From Planctomycetia bacterium (GTDB lineage Bacteria > Planctomycetota > Planctomycetia > Pirellulales > UBA1268): a stretch of 46,071 bases of DNA. Of the stretch, positions 1 to 9,494 are shown in pieces. The stretch spans positions 1-46,071 of the forward strand of contig RFVE01000001.1 in NCBI GenBank assembly GCA_009922585.1. Direction: 5' to 3'. A program made the translations under genes and the position numbers. The first letter of the stretch is position 1; each line of letters starts with the position of its first letter. A model generated the notes under the pieces. That model saw nothing but the letters and a program-made list of their open reading frames with translations, was not told where the DNA came from and did not search any database.

Positions 1-503
1 TTGACCACCACGGTGTTGCCGGCGGCAAGCGCTGGGGCGGTCCCCCAGCCCATCAACAGCATCGGGAAGTTCCAGGGAAAGATGAAGCCACACGCCCCCC
101 AGGGGTTGCGGAGCGTCCAGGCCTCGTGACCAGCCACTGCCAACTGGCTGCGCCGCTGAACATGCTGGGCCATGTCGGCAAAGTAACGAAGTGAACCGAT
201 GAACGTCTGGATGTCACCGAGAGCATGGGCCGGCAGCTTGCCAGCGTCAATCGCCTCGATCTGGGCGACAATCTCCTTACGGCTCTCAACCAGGTCGGCA
301 AATCGATGCAGCCGCACCGCCCGATCGTTGGGAGCAAGAGTCGCCCAGCCCGACTTTCGGAAGGCCTCGTTGGCAGCTTCGACAGCCTTGTCGACATCGG
401 CGGCCGAGTAGGCATGCAGCTCAGCCAGCACCTCACCGCTGCCCGGGTCCCGAGTCTGGAAGGTTGCCCATCCGGGGAAGCAATCATACCCCGGGACAGG
501 CAA
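1..503 (-). CDS. aldehyde dehydrogenase family protein, N-terminal part (gene runs off the left edge)
   Basis: Absent from the ORF track because there is no stop in the window. My hand translation of the minus strand (codon starts at 179, 176, ...) reads ...DPGSGEVLAELHAYSAADVDKAVEAANEAFRKSGWATLAPNDRAVRLHRFADLVESRKEIVAQIEAIDAGKLPAHALGDIQTFIGSLRYFADMAQHVQRRSQLAVAGHEAWTLRNPWGACGFIFPWNFPMLLMGWGTAPALAAGNTVVVK. This carries the ALDH PWNFP and GNTVVxK motifs. I found no in-frame ATG or GTG in the ~115 nt I translated upstream; TTG at 503 is only my best guess for the start. Confidence 0.8.
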   Translation of the reverse strand, partial: MPVPGYDCFPGWATFQTRDPGSGEVLAELHAYSAADVDKAVEAANEAFRKSGWATLAPNDRAVRLHRFADLVESRKEIVAQIEAIDAGKLPAHALGDIQTFIGSLRYFADMAQHVQRRSQLAVAGHEAWTLRNPWGACGFIFPWNFPMLLMGWGTAPALAAGNTVVV

Positions 504-541
504 TCTGTCGTGCCAGGGCGTCGGCTTACGACCATGCGGCG

Positions 542-1600
542 TTACGCTGGCAGCCGTTCGAGCCAGCGGGCCACCGCCAAGCCGCTGGAGGCTGCCGCCT
601 CGACTCGACCGCCGCCGAAGGCGTCACCGCAGCAGACGACCGGCGGGCTGTGGCTCAGCGCGACCATGGGCTGCTTGAGCGGCTCGACCGGAAAGGCGAA
701 TTTCCACCGCTGGAGTGAGTGATCGGTCACGCTCGTTGCCGGATCACCGTCAATCCAGGCTGCCGCCGCCTCGGTCAGCAACCGGGTCACCTCGGCCTGA
801 TCATTTTCAAAATGCTCGCGGCTGAAGTCCCCGCGGGCCTGAATCGTCAGGCTCGGCACTGCTGAAATGCCTTTCTGCTGGTTGTCAGCAATCCAGGCCA
901 ACGGACCCGCCTCAACTTCAAGGCCACCCGGTGGTGGCAGCAGACTGGGCCGGTCGAGGACCAGCATCAGGCTGAAGCAAGGGTCGTAGGCGACACCTGC
1001 GAGCTGCTCCCAGCCAGCAGCATCGGCCTGCGGTGGTGTGAAACCGCCAGCAGTGAAGAGGTCGATTGCCTGAGGCACCGGTACGGTGACGATCACAGCA
1101 GCAGCCGTGAGGACATCGCCGTCATCGAACCGGCAGCTGAGCCGCTCGCCTTCTGCTGCAACAGCCGCCACCCGCGTCTGCGTCCGGACCGGCACCGACA
1201 GTTGCGCCGCCAGCCGCTTGGGCAGATCGGTCATGCCCTTCACTCCCCGCCAGCGGGCATGGCCTGCCTTGTCCAGCGGATCAACAGCTGGCCCCGCCGC
1301 CGTCTTCGCAGCCGGAAACAGATCGCACCAGGAAGTGACCGCCCCGGCAGCTTCCGCCTCCGCCACAATGCTGCCAAAGGCCCGCCCCTTCACCGCAAAG
1401 TGCTGGGCACCGTGGTCGCAGACAGCTCCACCAATCCGGCGAGTCGCCATTCGACCCCCGATGCCGCGAGACTTTTCCAGCACAACAACCCTTCGGCCAG
1501 ACGCTGAGAGCGTCGTCGCAGCTGCGAGGCCAGCGATGCCGGCGCCAATTACGGCGACATCACAGTCGGTTGAAATCGCATCAGTCACCCGAGACACCAC
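542..1600 (-). CDS. NAD(P)/FAD-dependent oxidoreductase (amine-oxidase/renalase-like flavoprotein)
   Basis: 352 aa. N-terminal dinucleotide-binding fingerprint DVAVIGAGIAGLAAATTL...VVVLEKSRGIGGR. The start overlaps the upstream gene by 20 nt. Confidence 0.8.
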   Translation of the reverse strand: MVSRVTDAISTDCDVAVIGAGIAGLAAATTLSASGRRVVVLEKSRGIGGRMATRRIGGAVCDHGAQHFAVKGRAFGSIVAEAEAAGAVTSWCDLFPAAKTAAGPAVDPLDKAGHARWRGVKGMTDLPKRLAAQLSVPVRTQTRVAAVAAEGERLSCRFDDGDVLTAAAVIVTVPVPQAIDLFTAGGFTPPQADAAGWEQLAGVAYDPCFSLMLVLDRPSLLPPPGGLEVEAGPLAWIADNQQKGISAVPSLTIQARGDFSREHFENDQAEVTRLLTEAAAAWIDGDPATSVTDHSLQRWKFAFPVEPLKQPMVALSHSPPVVCCGDAFGGGRVEAAASSGLAVARWLERLPA

Positions 1601-2066
1601 GGGCCTTCCAGGCAGCCATCAGAATGAAGGTGAAGGGGAGCCACCAGATGAGGTCATTGGTGATGATATTCCAGCCGAAGGCCAACGGCAGTTTTCCTGA
1701 CCAGAGTGCTTCGGCAAACCCGATGGGACCAAAGACCTTTCCGAGCAAGCCGACCAACGTGATCGGCCAGTGCCTGATCGGATTTGAAGCGGCAGCCAGG
1801 TAGCCGACGCCGTACACCCCCACGATCATGCCAATGCACTGCCAGAATTCCAGATAACGGGGCAGTTCCATCCCCACCAGTTCAAAGCTGAGCTTCGGCG
1901 CGAGGATGGCCACCCCGCCCCAGATCAGGTTGTAGATTCCCGCCGCGACAAGCGTCCACCGCATCCAGGGCCGCACGACGGCGGTTGCTGGAGCGAGAGG
2001 GCCTGTCGACGATTCGGTGGCCGACGGGACAGCAAACGACGATGGGGACGTGGCAACAGTACTCAT
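1581..2066 (-). CDS. small polytopic membrane protein, function unknown
   Basis: 161 aa with about four hydrophobic segments ([73 protein letters not shown]). It has a 4-nt overlap with the upstream PIG-L gene. I recognise no family. Confidence 0.6.
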   Translation of the reverse strand: MSTVATSPSSFAVPSATESSTGPLAPATAVVRPWMRWTLVAAGIYNLIWGGVAILAPKLSFELVGMELPRYLEFWQCIGMIVGVYGVGYLAAASNPIRHWPITLVGLLGKVFGPIGFAEALWSGKLPLAFGWNIITNDLIWWLPFTFILMAAWKARGVSGD

Positions 2067-2797
2067 ACCTCCAACAGTAGGCCTGTCAGATCATTTGTGC
2101 AGGGGATGCGACTGCCGGCCAACAATTCTCCGGCCTCACACCCCCCCATCAGGCCAACCGTGTGGGCCAGGGCCTCGACCCGCGGGTAGATGTGGGCCTT
2201 TTCTGGTGGAAACTGCGAGGCATAGCAGCGAATCGCCTCAAGCTTGCGATCGAGCAGCCCGTGAATGTTGACCACAATCGGCCAGTGGGCAGCTGGCAGA
2301 TCGGCGACCCCTGCAAATAAAAAATAGCAGAGCAGGTTCGGCACGGTGTGCACCGGCAGCCCATCAAAGGTGTCGTCCCACTTGGTCAACCGCGAATAGA
2401 ACACCGCCGCCTCGGTGATGGCGACGGCCTGGGCATGGTCGGGCGAAGCCAACGGCGTCTTGTCACCGAGGCCGAGTACCAGTCGGGGCCGGAAACGTCG
2501 GAAGACCTTGGCGAGGGCGACCCGCACCTCAAAGCCATCGAACAGCCGGCGGTTGGGAAAGCCAAGCTGTTCCCGATGGACAACGCCGAGTACAGCTGCA
2601 GCCGCCCGGGCCTCAGCCAGCCGCTGTTCCGGGCCACTCGACCGTGGCGTCGGCTCGCCGTCGGTAAGGTCGACAATGCCAACCCGCAGCCCCTGATCGA
2701 CCAGCCGGGCAACTGACCCACCACAGCCAATTTCGACGTCATCGGGGTGGGCCCCGACGGCGATCACATCAAGTGGCTCCGGCAGCTGCTCGTCCAT
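2063..2797 (-). CDS. PIG-L/LmbE family N-acetylglucosaminyl deacetylase
   Basis: 244 aa. N-terminal signature [17 protein letters not shown], followed by HxDH-like SPDHAQA, typical of PIG-L/LmbE/BshB-type deacetylases. Confidence 0.8.
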   Translation of the reverse strand: MDEQLPEPLDVIAVGAHPDDVEIGCGGSVARLVDQGLRVGIVDLTDGEPTPRSSGPEQRLAEARAAAAVLGVVHREQLGFPNRRLFDGFEVRVALAKVFRRFRPRLVLGLGDKTPLASPDHAQAVAITEAAVFYSRLTKWDDTFDGLPVHTVPNLLCYFLFAGVADLPAAHWPIVVNIHGLLDRKLEAIRCYASQFPPEKAHIYPRVEALAHTVGLMGGCEAGELLAGSRIPCTNDLTGLLLEV

Positions 2798-2798
2798 G

Positions 2799-3968
2799 TC
2801 AGCCCGCCTTGGTTGCCGCCATCAGGAAATTGGGGTTGATTGCCTCGAAGCGAATCCGGTCCATCTGCTCAATGCCCCGAGCAATGTTGACCATCCAATA
2901 GGCGGCATCATCCGAGCGGGCCCGCAGCAGAGCATGCACGACCAGACTGGCAACCGCCCGGCCGCTCCCACCGACATAGATGCTGTCGGGAGCAGGCAGT
3001 TCGGCCCAAGCGTCGGGGGCCCGGCCGAGGATTGCTTTCAAATTACCGACGCCGAACCGCCGAGCGTTCTCCTCGATCAGCCCGTGGTCGTCCGGATCCA
3101 TTTCGATGGCATAGACCCTTCCCTGCGAAGCCAGCCGCGCTGCCTCCACCGCCACCGAACCGCTGCCAGCACCGACATCCCAAACGATGCTTGTGGACGT
3201 CAGTGACATCTCTGCCAGTGCCAGACTGCGGACCTCAGCCGGCGTCAACAACCCCCGCTTTGGCCGCGACTGCAAAAACAGTTCGTCGCGATTCCCGAAA
3301 AACCTTCGGCCTGCCTCGTCGGGCGTCTCTGGCGGACCACCCGGCCGCACCAGAATCATCACATTCAGCGGCCCAAACGAGTCGGCGGCAATCTGCTTGA
3401 GGCTGCCCTGCGTCACCCGCTCATCAGGGGAACCAAGATTTTCGCAGACATAGGCCTGATAGCCCTGCAACCCCTGCTCAAGCAGCGAAGCCGCCACCAC
3501 GTTCGGCGGCCACTGATCGCTGGTGAACAGTCCCACCGTGTCGACGGTGCGAATCTTTTCGATCACCCGCTCGATGGTTGAGAGGCCCGACAGGCTCGCC
3601 AGGTAGGCATCCTCCCAACTCTCCTTCACGCGGGCGAAAGCAAGCTGCATGCTGCTGACATTGGGCACCACTTCAAAGCGGTCCTTGCCCAGCCGACTGC
3701 AGACGAACCGCGCGGTGCCGTAAAACAGTGGGTCACCGGAGGCGAGGACGACCAGCCGCTGGCCTTGGAGGTCCTCAATGCGGTCAACTAGGTCGTCGAG
3801 GCTGCCAACGGTTTCAAGCCGATCGCGAAGTCGGGCAGGCACAGCTTCGCGGCAGGAGTCGGGCCCAATCAGTCGCTCGGCTTCTTCGATGAGCCGCACC
3901 GCATGGGAGGTCATGCCCTCCACGCCGTCATCTCCGATGCCGACAATAAAAACTTTTTCTGCCGCCAC
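2799..3968 (-). CDS. cobL: precorrin-6Y C5,15-methyltransferase (decarboxylating), fused CbiE/CbiT type
   Basis: CbiE-like N-half ([35 protein letters not shown]) and CbiT-like SAM-methyltransferase C-half ([16 protein letters not shown]). The track start at 4037 overlaps the upstream gene. I prefer GTG at 3968, which is preceded by AGAGGAGG (3973-3980). Confidence 0.8.
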   Translation of the reverse strand: MAAEKVFIVGIGDDGVEGMTSHAVRLIEEAERLIGPDSCREAVPARLRDRLETVGSLDDLVDRIEDLQGQRLVVLASGDPLFYGTARFVCSRLGKDRFEVVPNVSSMQLAFARVKESWEDAYLASLSGLSTIERVIEKIRTVDTVGLFTSDQWPPNVVAASLLEQGLQGYQAYVCENLGSPDERVTQGSLKQIAADSFGPLNVMILVRPGGPPETPDEAGRRFFGNRDELFLQSRPKRGLLTPAEVRSLALAEMSLTSTSIVWDVGAGSGSVAVEAARLASQGRVYAIEMDPDDHGLIEENARRFGVGNLKAILGRAPDAWAELPAPDSIYVGGSGRAVASLVVHALLRARSDDAAYWMVNIARGIEQMDRIRFEAINPNFLMAATKAG

Positions 3969-4006
3969 CGGGCCTCCTCTGTCTGCCGTCCGGGTCAGCC
4001 AAATGG

Positions 4007-4339
4007 CTAGGCCTGGAACGAACTGCCGCAGCCGCAACTCTTGGTGGCGTTGGGGTTGTTAAAGGTGAAGCCCCGCTTGTCGATGCCTTCGTGAAAATCG
4101 AGCGTCGTGCCATCGAGGAAGAGATCGCTCTTTTTGTCGACCACCACGGCAACGCCATGCTGCTCACTCTTGCTATCGGCCTTCGGGTCCCACTGGGTAT
4201 CGAAACCGAGTGAATACTGAAAGCCGCTGCAGCCGCCGCCGGCAACCCCGACTCGCAGGACCGTGGCCTCGTCGAGTTTCTGATCGGCGATGATCTTCTT
4301 GACCTCTGAAGCCGCCTTTTCCGTGAGCGTGACCGACAT
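4007..4339 (-). CDS. A-type iron-sulfur cluster carrier (IscA/ErpA/HesB family)
   Basis: GGGCSGFQY and the C-terminal CGCGSSF cysteine ligands. The second ATG (4339) sits 8 nt after GGAGG; the track start is 4345. Confidence 0.85.
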   Translation of the reverse strand: MSVTLTEKAASEVKKIIADQKLDEATVLRVGVAGGGCSGFQYSLGFDTQWDPKADSKSEQHGVAVVVDKKSDLFLDGTTLDFHEGIDKRGFTFNNPNATKSCGCGSSFQA

Positions 4340-4412
4340 CTGCATATCCTCCAGAAAACAAGGAACCGTGCCGGCCCACGATTCGGGCAGTCAGCACAGA
4401 GCGTCTGAGAAA

Positions 4413-4440
4413 CCTCTTTAAGTTTATATCCCAGCCACCG
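4413..4440 (-). promoter_or_regulatory. possible sigma70-like promoter (TTGCCC-N16-TATAAA) upstream of the A-type carrier gene
   Basis: On the minus strand, TTGCCC (4440-4435), a 16-nt spacer and TATAAA (4418-4413), about 70 nt upstream of the start. This is the only AT-rich patch in the 120-bp intergenic region. Pattern match only. Confidence 0.2.
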
Positions 4441-4465
4441 CAACGGGCAAAGAGCTACACCTCCT

Positions 4466-5647
4466 TCAACTGCCGGAAAGCCGGTTGAATGCACCGGTTA
4501 TGGCCTCCGCCGCCCGGTCGATTTCGGCTTCGGTGGTCAGCCGCGACAGCCCAAACCGAAGGCTGCGGCGGGCTTCTTCCTCGGACAGACCAATCGCCAG
4601 CAGCACATGGCTGGGCCGCGGATGTTCACTCGAGCAGGCACTGCCGGCACTGGCAGCGACCCCTGCCCGGGAGAGTTCAGCCAGCAGTGTCCCGCCGTCG
4701 ATGCCGGGGAACTCGATATGAAGGTTGTTGGGCAGCCGCTGGCCCGGCGTCAGCGGCGGGCCGTTGAGCCGCAGCCCTGGCACCTGCTCAGCCAGCCGCT
4801 GCCAGAGCCGATCCCGCAGAGCCGCCACCGCGATCGGCGTGTTCGGCACCCCGGCCGTCGCCAGTTCGCAGGCCCGGCCCATGCCAACAATGCCCGGGAC
4901 GTTGAGCGTGCCGCTTCGCAGGCCCCGTTCCTGCCCGCCGCCAAAGGTCTGGGGGTCAAGCCGCACCAGCCGCTGCCGCCGCCGCACATAGAGCGCACCG
5001 ACACCCTTCGGCCCGTGGCACTTATGCGCTGAGAAACTCGCCAGATCGGCGTCGAGTGAGTCGACGTCGACCGCCAGGTTGCCAATCGCCTGGGCACAGT
5101 CAACATGGAGCAACGCCCCATGGCGTCGCACGATTGCGGCCACATCGGCAAGCGGCTGAATCAGACCGATCTCGTTGTTGGCGAGCATCACTGACACGAC
5201 CACGGTCTGGTCGTCGACTTCATTAGCCAGCCGATCCAGATCGATCAGCCCGGGGCAGTCACTGTCGCGACCGGCAACAGGCAGCCTTGTCAGAGGCCAA
5301 CCCTGCCTTTCGAGTTGGTCAGCAGTATCGAGCACGGCGGCATGTTCGGTGGCCACCACTACCAGTCGTCCCCCCGGCCGACGGCTAGCCGCACCCAGCA
5401 ACGCAAGGTTGACGCTCTCGGTCGCCCCGCTGGTGAAGACGATCTCCCGCGGCGTGGCACCGACTGCTGCTGCCACCTGGTGCCGAGCCGTCTCGACCGC
5501 CGCCCGAGCCTCGAGCCCGAGGTCATGGGTGCCACTGCCGGCGTTGCCGTAGTGGTTCGTCAGCCAGGGCAGCATCGCCTCCAGCACCAGCGGATCGAGC
5601 CGGGTCGTGGCGTGGTTGTCGAGATAGATCCAGGAATCAGCAGGCAT
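4466..5647 (-). CDS. cysteine desulfurase (NifS/IscS class, PLP-dependent)
   Basis: IYLDNHATT, FTSGATESVN, the PLP-lysine motif SFSAHKCHGPKG and the active-site loop SAGSACSS. The track start at 5680 is a TTG; I chose the ATG at 5647 (MPADSWIYLDNHATT). Confidence 0.9.
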   Translation of the reverse strand: MPADSWIYLDNHATTRLDPLVLEAMLPWLTNHYGNAGSGTHDLGLEARAAVETARHQVAAAVGATPREIVFTSGATESVNLALLGAASRRPGGRLVVVATEHAAVLDTADQLERQGWPLTRLPVAGRDSDCPGLIDLDRLANEVDDQTVVVSVMLANNEIGLIQPLADVAAIVRRHGALLHVDCAQAIGNLAVDVDSLDADLASFSAHKCHGPKGVGALYVRRRQRLVRLDPQTFGGGQERGLRSGTLNVPGIVGMGRACELATAGVPNTPIAVAALRDRLWQRLAEQVPGLRLNGPPLTPGQRLPNNLHIEFPGIDGGTLLAELSRAGVAASAGSACSSEHPRPSHVLLAIGLSEEEARRSLRFGLSRLTTEAEIDRAAEAITGAFNRLSGS

Positions 5648-5698
5648 CCCTTGATTCTGACCGACAACGCCGCCCGGCAACAGAGAGTGGCCGTCGGT

Positions 5699-6265
5699 TC
5701 AGCTCAGACTTCCGGTTGCGACCGCGTCGAGGGCAATCTGGGACCAGGTCTCGAACCGCTCACGATCGGCCAGCAGGCTGGCCAGCGGCTCAAAGCCACA
5801 CTCAATCAGCTCCGCCTCCCGTGACTCAACCTCGGGCCGCTGCAGTTCCAATACATGGACAATGCCAAGATGCACGCTGCCAACGGGCGTGGCATCGTCG
5901 TTGATCAGGCCGACACAGCGGCTGGTGAAGCTGCCACCGATGACGACCTCCTCAGCGAGCTCCCGCCGCATGCCCGCCTCGTACGAGGCGTCATCGCCAT
6001 GCTCACCGTCGGTGCTGGCGATGTGGCCGCCGATGCCGACCGAACGTTTGGCCCGCAGCCGGGCCTCGCTCTGGCCACCGCCGCGGGTGTAGGCGAAGTA
6101 CTGCGGCGTGCCGGACGCGTCCCGCCAACTGAGCACGCAATACGGAATCAGCTGCTTGAACGACGGGTCTTCTTCAGCTGCCGCCCGCGGCATCCAGCGG
6201 GTCTGCGCAGGATCGAGAAGCATCGACAGGTACCGGTCGACCTCCCCGCAGAACCCCTGAAACAT
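5699..6265 (-). CDS. Nudix-like hydrolase (MutT-related predicted phosphoesterase type)
   Basis: 188 aa. KQLIPYCVL, then a stretched Nudix-box-like segment GGHIASTDGEHGDDASYEAGMRRELAEEV. The family assignment is tentative. Confidence 0.55.
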   Translation of the reverse strand: MFQGFCGEVDRYLSMLLDPAQTRWMPRAAAEEDPSFKQLIPYCVLSWRDASGTPQYFAYTRGGGQSEARLRAKRSVGIGGHIASTDGEHGDDASYEAGMRRELAEEVVIGGSFTSRCVGLINDDATPVGSVHLGIVHVLELQRPEVESREAELIECGFEPLASLLADRERFETWSQIALDAVATGSLS

Positions 6266-6430
6266 CCCCGCCTGCTCCAGCAGGCTGCGGGGAATGACGA
6301 GAACTCAGTTCACCCGCGAAGAACGGAAACCACCACCGGAGACACAAAGAACACGAAGACAAACAGAACCTCGCCGTCTTGCCAAGAGGAAGCGTAGAGG
6401 TCGTTCCACAGAGCGAACGAGTTGTCGGGC

Positions 6431-7501
6431 TCACACAATCAGCATCGCATCGCCGTAGCTGAGGAAGCGGTAGCCCTTGGCGATCGCCTCGGCATAGGCC
6501 CGGCGGATGAGGTCGCGACCGGCAAGGCTGCTGACGAGCACCATCAGCGTCGTTCGTGGCAGATGAAAATTGGTCAGCAGACAGTCGACTGCGTGAAACG
6601 AAAAGCCCGGACGGATGTAGAGGCTGGTCGGCCCGGTGAACGGCTCGAGCTGGCCATCGCGGGTAGCCGTCTCAAGTGACCGCACCGCCGTTGTGCCAAC
6701 CGCTAGCACCCGGCCGCCGCGGCTTCGCGTCTCCCGCACAGCCGCCACTGTCGCTGCCGGCACCGCACACCACTCGGTGTGCATCGGATGATCGGCGATC
6801 CGTTCGGTGCCGATCGGCCGGAAGGTGTCGAGGCCGACATGCAGCGTTACCTCCGCGCGTCTGATGCCCCGGGCACTCAGTTGCTCAAGTAGCTGCGGCG
6901 TGAAGTGCAGTCCCGCAGTCGGCGCAGCGGCCGATCCGGGCTGCTCGGCAAAGACCGTCTGGTAGCGGTCGACGTCCTCGCCCCGAGCCTCACCTCCACG
7001 AATGTAGCCCGGCAGCGGCACGCGGCCGACACGGGCAAGCACCACGGGCGTCGGTTCGTCGGCCTGTGGCTCAACCACCCAGGTGCCCCCCTCGCCACGG
7101 CCGACCAGAAGGAGTTCGACAGCAGCGGCTCCTGCTGGATCGACAAGCGTAATCCGCTCACCGACGGCCGGGCGGCCCCGGGTCTTGGCGAGGATCGACC
7201 AGCAACGGCGGTTACCTGCAGCCAGAACCTCCGCCAGAAACAGCCCCTCCCAGCGGCCGCCGGTCTCCGCTCGCTGCCCGATCAGCCGGGCCGGCACCAC
7301 CCGGGTATCGTTGACCACCACCAGATCGTTCGGGCTGAGCAGCTCAGGCAGATCGCGAATGTGGGCATGCCGCAGGCTGCCGCTCGCCCGCTCCACCACC
7401 AGCAGCCGTGCCGCCGCCCGATCAGCTAGCGGCTCTTGGGCAATCAGCTCGGCTGGCAGTTCGTAGTCGTAGCAGTCGGCGGCTTCGGGGTCGTTCTGCA
7501 T
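6431..7501 (-). CDS. queA: S-adenosylmethionine:tRNA ribosyltransferase-isomerase
   Basis: YDYELPAELIAQEPL, GTTAVRSLE, LLTNFHLPRTTLMVLVSSLAG and the C-terminal YRFLSYGDAMLI. The internal ATG at 7501 (MQNDPEAADCYDYELP) fits the family N-terminus better than the track start at 7588. Confidence 0.9.
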   Translation of the reverse strand: MQNDPEAADCYDYELPAELIAQEPLADRAAARLLVVERASGSLRHAHIRDLPELLSPNDLVVVNDTRVVPARLIGQRAETGGRWEGLFLAEVLAAGNRRCWSILAKTRGRPAVGERITLVDPAGAAAVELLLVGRGEGGTWVVEPQADEPTPVVLARVGRVPLPGYIRGGEARGEDVDRYQTVFAEQPGSAAAPTAGLHFTPQLLEQLSARGIRRAEVTLHVGLDTFRPIGTERIADHPMHTEWCAVPAATVAAVRETRSRGGRVLAVGTTAVRSLETATRDGQLEPFTGPTSLYIRPGFSFHAVDCLLTNFHLPRTTLMVLVSSLAGRDLIRRAYAEAIAKGYRFLSYGDAMLIV

Positions 7502-7600
7502 GAGGCAAAGCGTACCGCGCCAATTGCCGCGGTTGCCCAACGGGGTGGTGGTAAACTGGGTGAGCGTTCTCTCAGCACTACCCAACAATCAAGCACCCAC

Positions 7601-8515
7601 GTGAGCGAAACACCGCCCCCGACGGTACCGCCCCCTCCCACCAGCAAGCACGTCAGCGTGATGCCGCGGGAGTCGCTCTCGTTCCTCGCCCTTGAACCCG
7701 GCATGACCGTTGTTGATGGCACGCTCGGCGGTGGCGGCCACACCCGGTTACTGGCCCAGGCCGTCGGGCCGACCGGCCGGGTGATCGCCATTGACCGCGA
7801 TCCATTGGCCATCGATCGAGGAGCCCGAGAACTGGCTGGCCTGCCGATCCGCTTTGCCCAGGCCAATTTCCGGGACATCCCCGAAGTGCTCGATGCGGTC
7901 GGTGTCGAGACAGTCGATGGCGTGCTGCTCGACGTCGGGCTGTCGAGTGACCAACTGGCCGATCGCAGCCGCGGGTTTTCCTTCGAGGCCGACGGTCCGC
8001 TTGACCTGCGGTTTGATCCGACCGAAGGCGAGCCTGCCTGGCGACTGGTCAACCGGCTGCGGCCCGAAACCCTGGCCGACTTGATCTATGAGTTTGGCGA
8101 GGAACGCTACAGCCGGCGGATCGCCCGGCGGATCGCAGCGGCTCGCGAACGTCAGCCAATCGAATCAGCCCGTGATTTTGCCAGGCTGGTTGCCTCCGCC
8201 ATTCCCCGCCAATCGCCACCCCCGCGCATCCACCCCGCCACCCGCACCTTTCAGGCGTTGCGAATTGCGGTGAACGAGGAACTGAAGAGCCTCCAGATTG
8301 CCCTGGAACGCATTCCCACCCGGTTGCGGCCCGGTGGCCGACTGGTGGTGATCTCGTTTCATTCCCTTGAGGATCGGCTGGTCAAGACGGCTTTTCGCAG
8401 CCCGCAGACCTGGGACTGCCTGACCCGGTCACCCCGCGAGGCCCAGCCTGATGAAGTGGGGGCGAATTCCCGCTCCCGATCTGCCCGGCTGCGGGCGGCC
8501 GCCCGCCTGGCCTGA
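7601..8515 (+). CDS. rsmH: 16S rRNA (cytosine1402-N4)-methyltransferase
   Basis: HVSVMPRESL, VDGTLGGGGHT, DLGLSSDQL-like DVGLSSDQL and ISFHSLEDR. The track start (TTG 7436) would overlap queA. GTG at 7601 gives about 305 aa, the usual size. Confidence 0.9.
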   Translation: MSETPPPTVPPPPTSKHVSVMPRESLSFLALEPGMTVVDGTLGGGGHTRLLAQAVGPTGRVIAIDRDPLAIDRGARELAGLPIRFAQANFRDIPEVLDAVGVETVDGVLLDVGLSSDQLADRSRGFSFEADGPLDLRFDPTEGEPAWRLVNRLRPETLADLIYEFGEERYSRRIARRIAAARERQPIESARDFARLVASAIPRQSPPPRIHPATRTFQALRIAVNEELKSLQIALERIPTRLRPGGRLVVISFHSLEDRLVKTAFRSPQTWDCLTRSPREAQPDEVGANSRSRSARLRAAARLA

Positions 8516-8609
8516 TCGCTCTGGCAGCGGCAGGCGGGTTTCAGCAGAATCCCCGCCGCTTGAGGCTCGGCCAATGTGGCCGTGAGGCATTATTCCCTGC
8601 TGGTCTCTC

Positions 8610-9386
8610 ATGGGACGCGAGTCGCGATTTCTGCTGACGCTGCTTGGCCTACTGGCCGGCTTCTTTGTCGCTGCGCTCTCAATCAGGCTGTTCAGCCCCC
8701 GGCCACCGAAGGGGACTGGCCCTGACATTCACACCAGCGCAGCTTTGGCGGCCCCTACTCCGCTCGTCCCGCCCCCCGTGCTCACGCCGCGGCCCCGGTC
8801 TGAACCGTTGCCCTCACTCGGCCCCGAACCACCTGCCGACACCGGTGTTCAACGGCTGGCCCCAGCTGATCTGCCGACGCTTGCAGCACCCGCCGCCATG
8901 AGCCGCTCAACGTCTGACTCCGTCAGCTCCCCTTCACGATTTTCATCATCATTGATCTCCACAACGCTCGTTTCCAACGATGAACCGGTCACGGCTGCAT
9001 CACCCCCTTGGAAAGCGGCCGACCAGAGCGCCACAGGGCTGACTCAGACAGCTGCCGCAGCGCGTCTTCAACCACCGGCTTCAGAGCCGCTCCAGCCGCA
9101 GACCGAGGCGACAACAGCACCGGCTTTCAGACCTCCTCCGGCGAAAGCAGCCCCACCGTCTGGCCCACCCCCTGTCACTCCCGGCCAGCCTTACGTTGTG
9201 GTGGCCGATGACTGCTGGTGGAGCATCGCCGAGCGGGCCTACGGTGATGGCCGCTATTACCGCAGCCTGTTTGCGTGGAATCGGGCCATCACCCCCAGCA
9301 TCTCCCTCGCTACCGGCACGACGCTGGAAATCCCCCCACTAGCCCGGCTTGAACTCGCCTGGCCGCGGCTGATGCCAGCAGACTGA
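8610..9386 (+). CDS. membrane-anchored Pro-rich protein with C-terminal LysM domain
   Basis: N-terminal TM segment (FLLTLLGLLAGFFVAALSI), a long P/A/S-rich linker, and a C-terminal LysM pattern YVVVADDCWWSIAERAYGDGRYYRSLFAWNRAI...GTTLEIPP. Confidence 0.7.
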   Translation: MGRESRFLLTLLGLLAGFFVAALSIRLFSPRPPKGTGPDIHTSAALAAPTPLVPPPVLTPRPRSEPLPSLGPEPPADTGVQRLAPADLPTLAAPAAMSRSTSDSVSSPSRFSSSLISTTLVSNDEPVTAASPPWKAADQSATGLTQTAAAARLQPPASEPLQPQTEATTAPAFRPPPAKAAPPSGPPPVTPGQPYVVVADDCWWSIAERAYGDGRYYRSLFAWNRAITPSISLATGTTLEIPPLARLELAWPRLMPAD

Positions 9387-9494
9387 TCGCTGCGAAACCG
9401 CTCTGGTTCCGACTGCGGGCCACCGCTACCGTCCGCCGCTCACCGTTGGCGGCAGCACCGCCTGGGCGGCAGAACCTTTGGAAGTGGTGGTCGT

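Noticed and set aside
53-722. Track ORFs 53-535(-), 199-411(+), 225-722(+) and 464-718(+).
   Set aside because: These are wrong frames. The minus-strand frame with PWNFP and other ALDH motifs, and the C-terminus of the flavoprotein gene, account for the DNA.
6265-6292. Imperfect hairpin CCCCGCCTGC-TCCA-GCAGGCTGCGGGG abutting the start codon of the Nudix-like gene.
   Set aside because: It has a bulged stem and is wrongly placed to terminate queA, which ends at 6431. It could affect translation initiation, but the evidence is too weak.
7436-7600. N-terminal extensions of rsmH (TTG 7436) and queA (7588) that overlap each other.
   Set aside because: The family-typical N-termini start at 7601 (GTG) and 7501 (ATG). 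The extensions are low-complexity and mutually exclusive.
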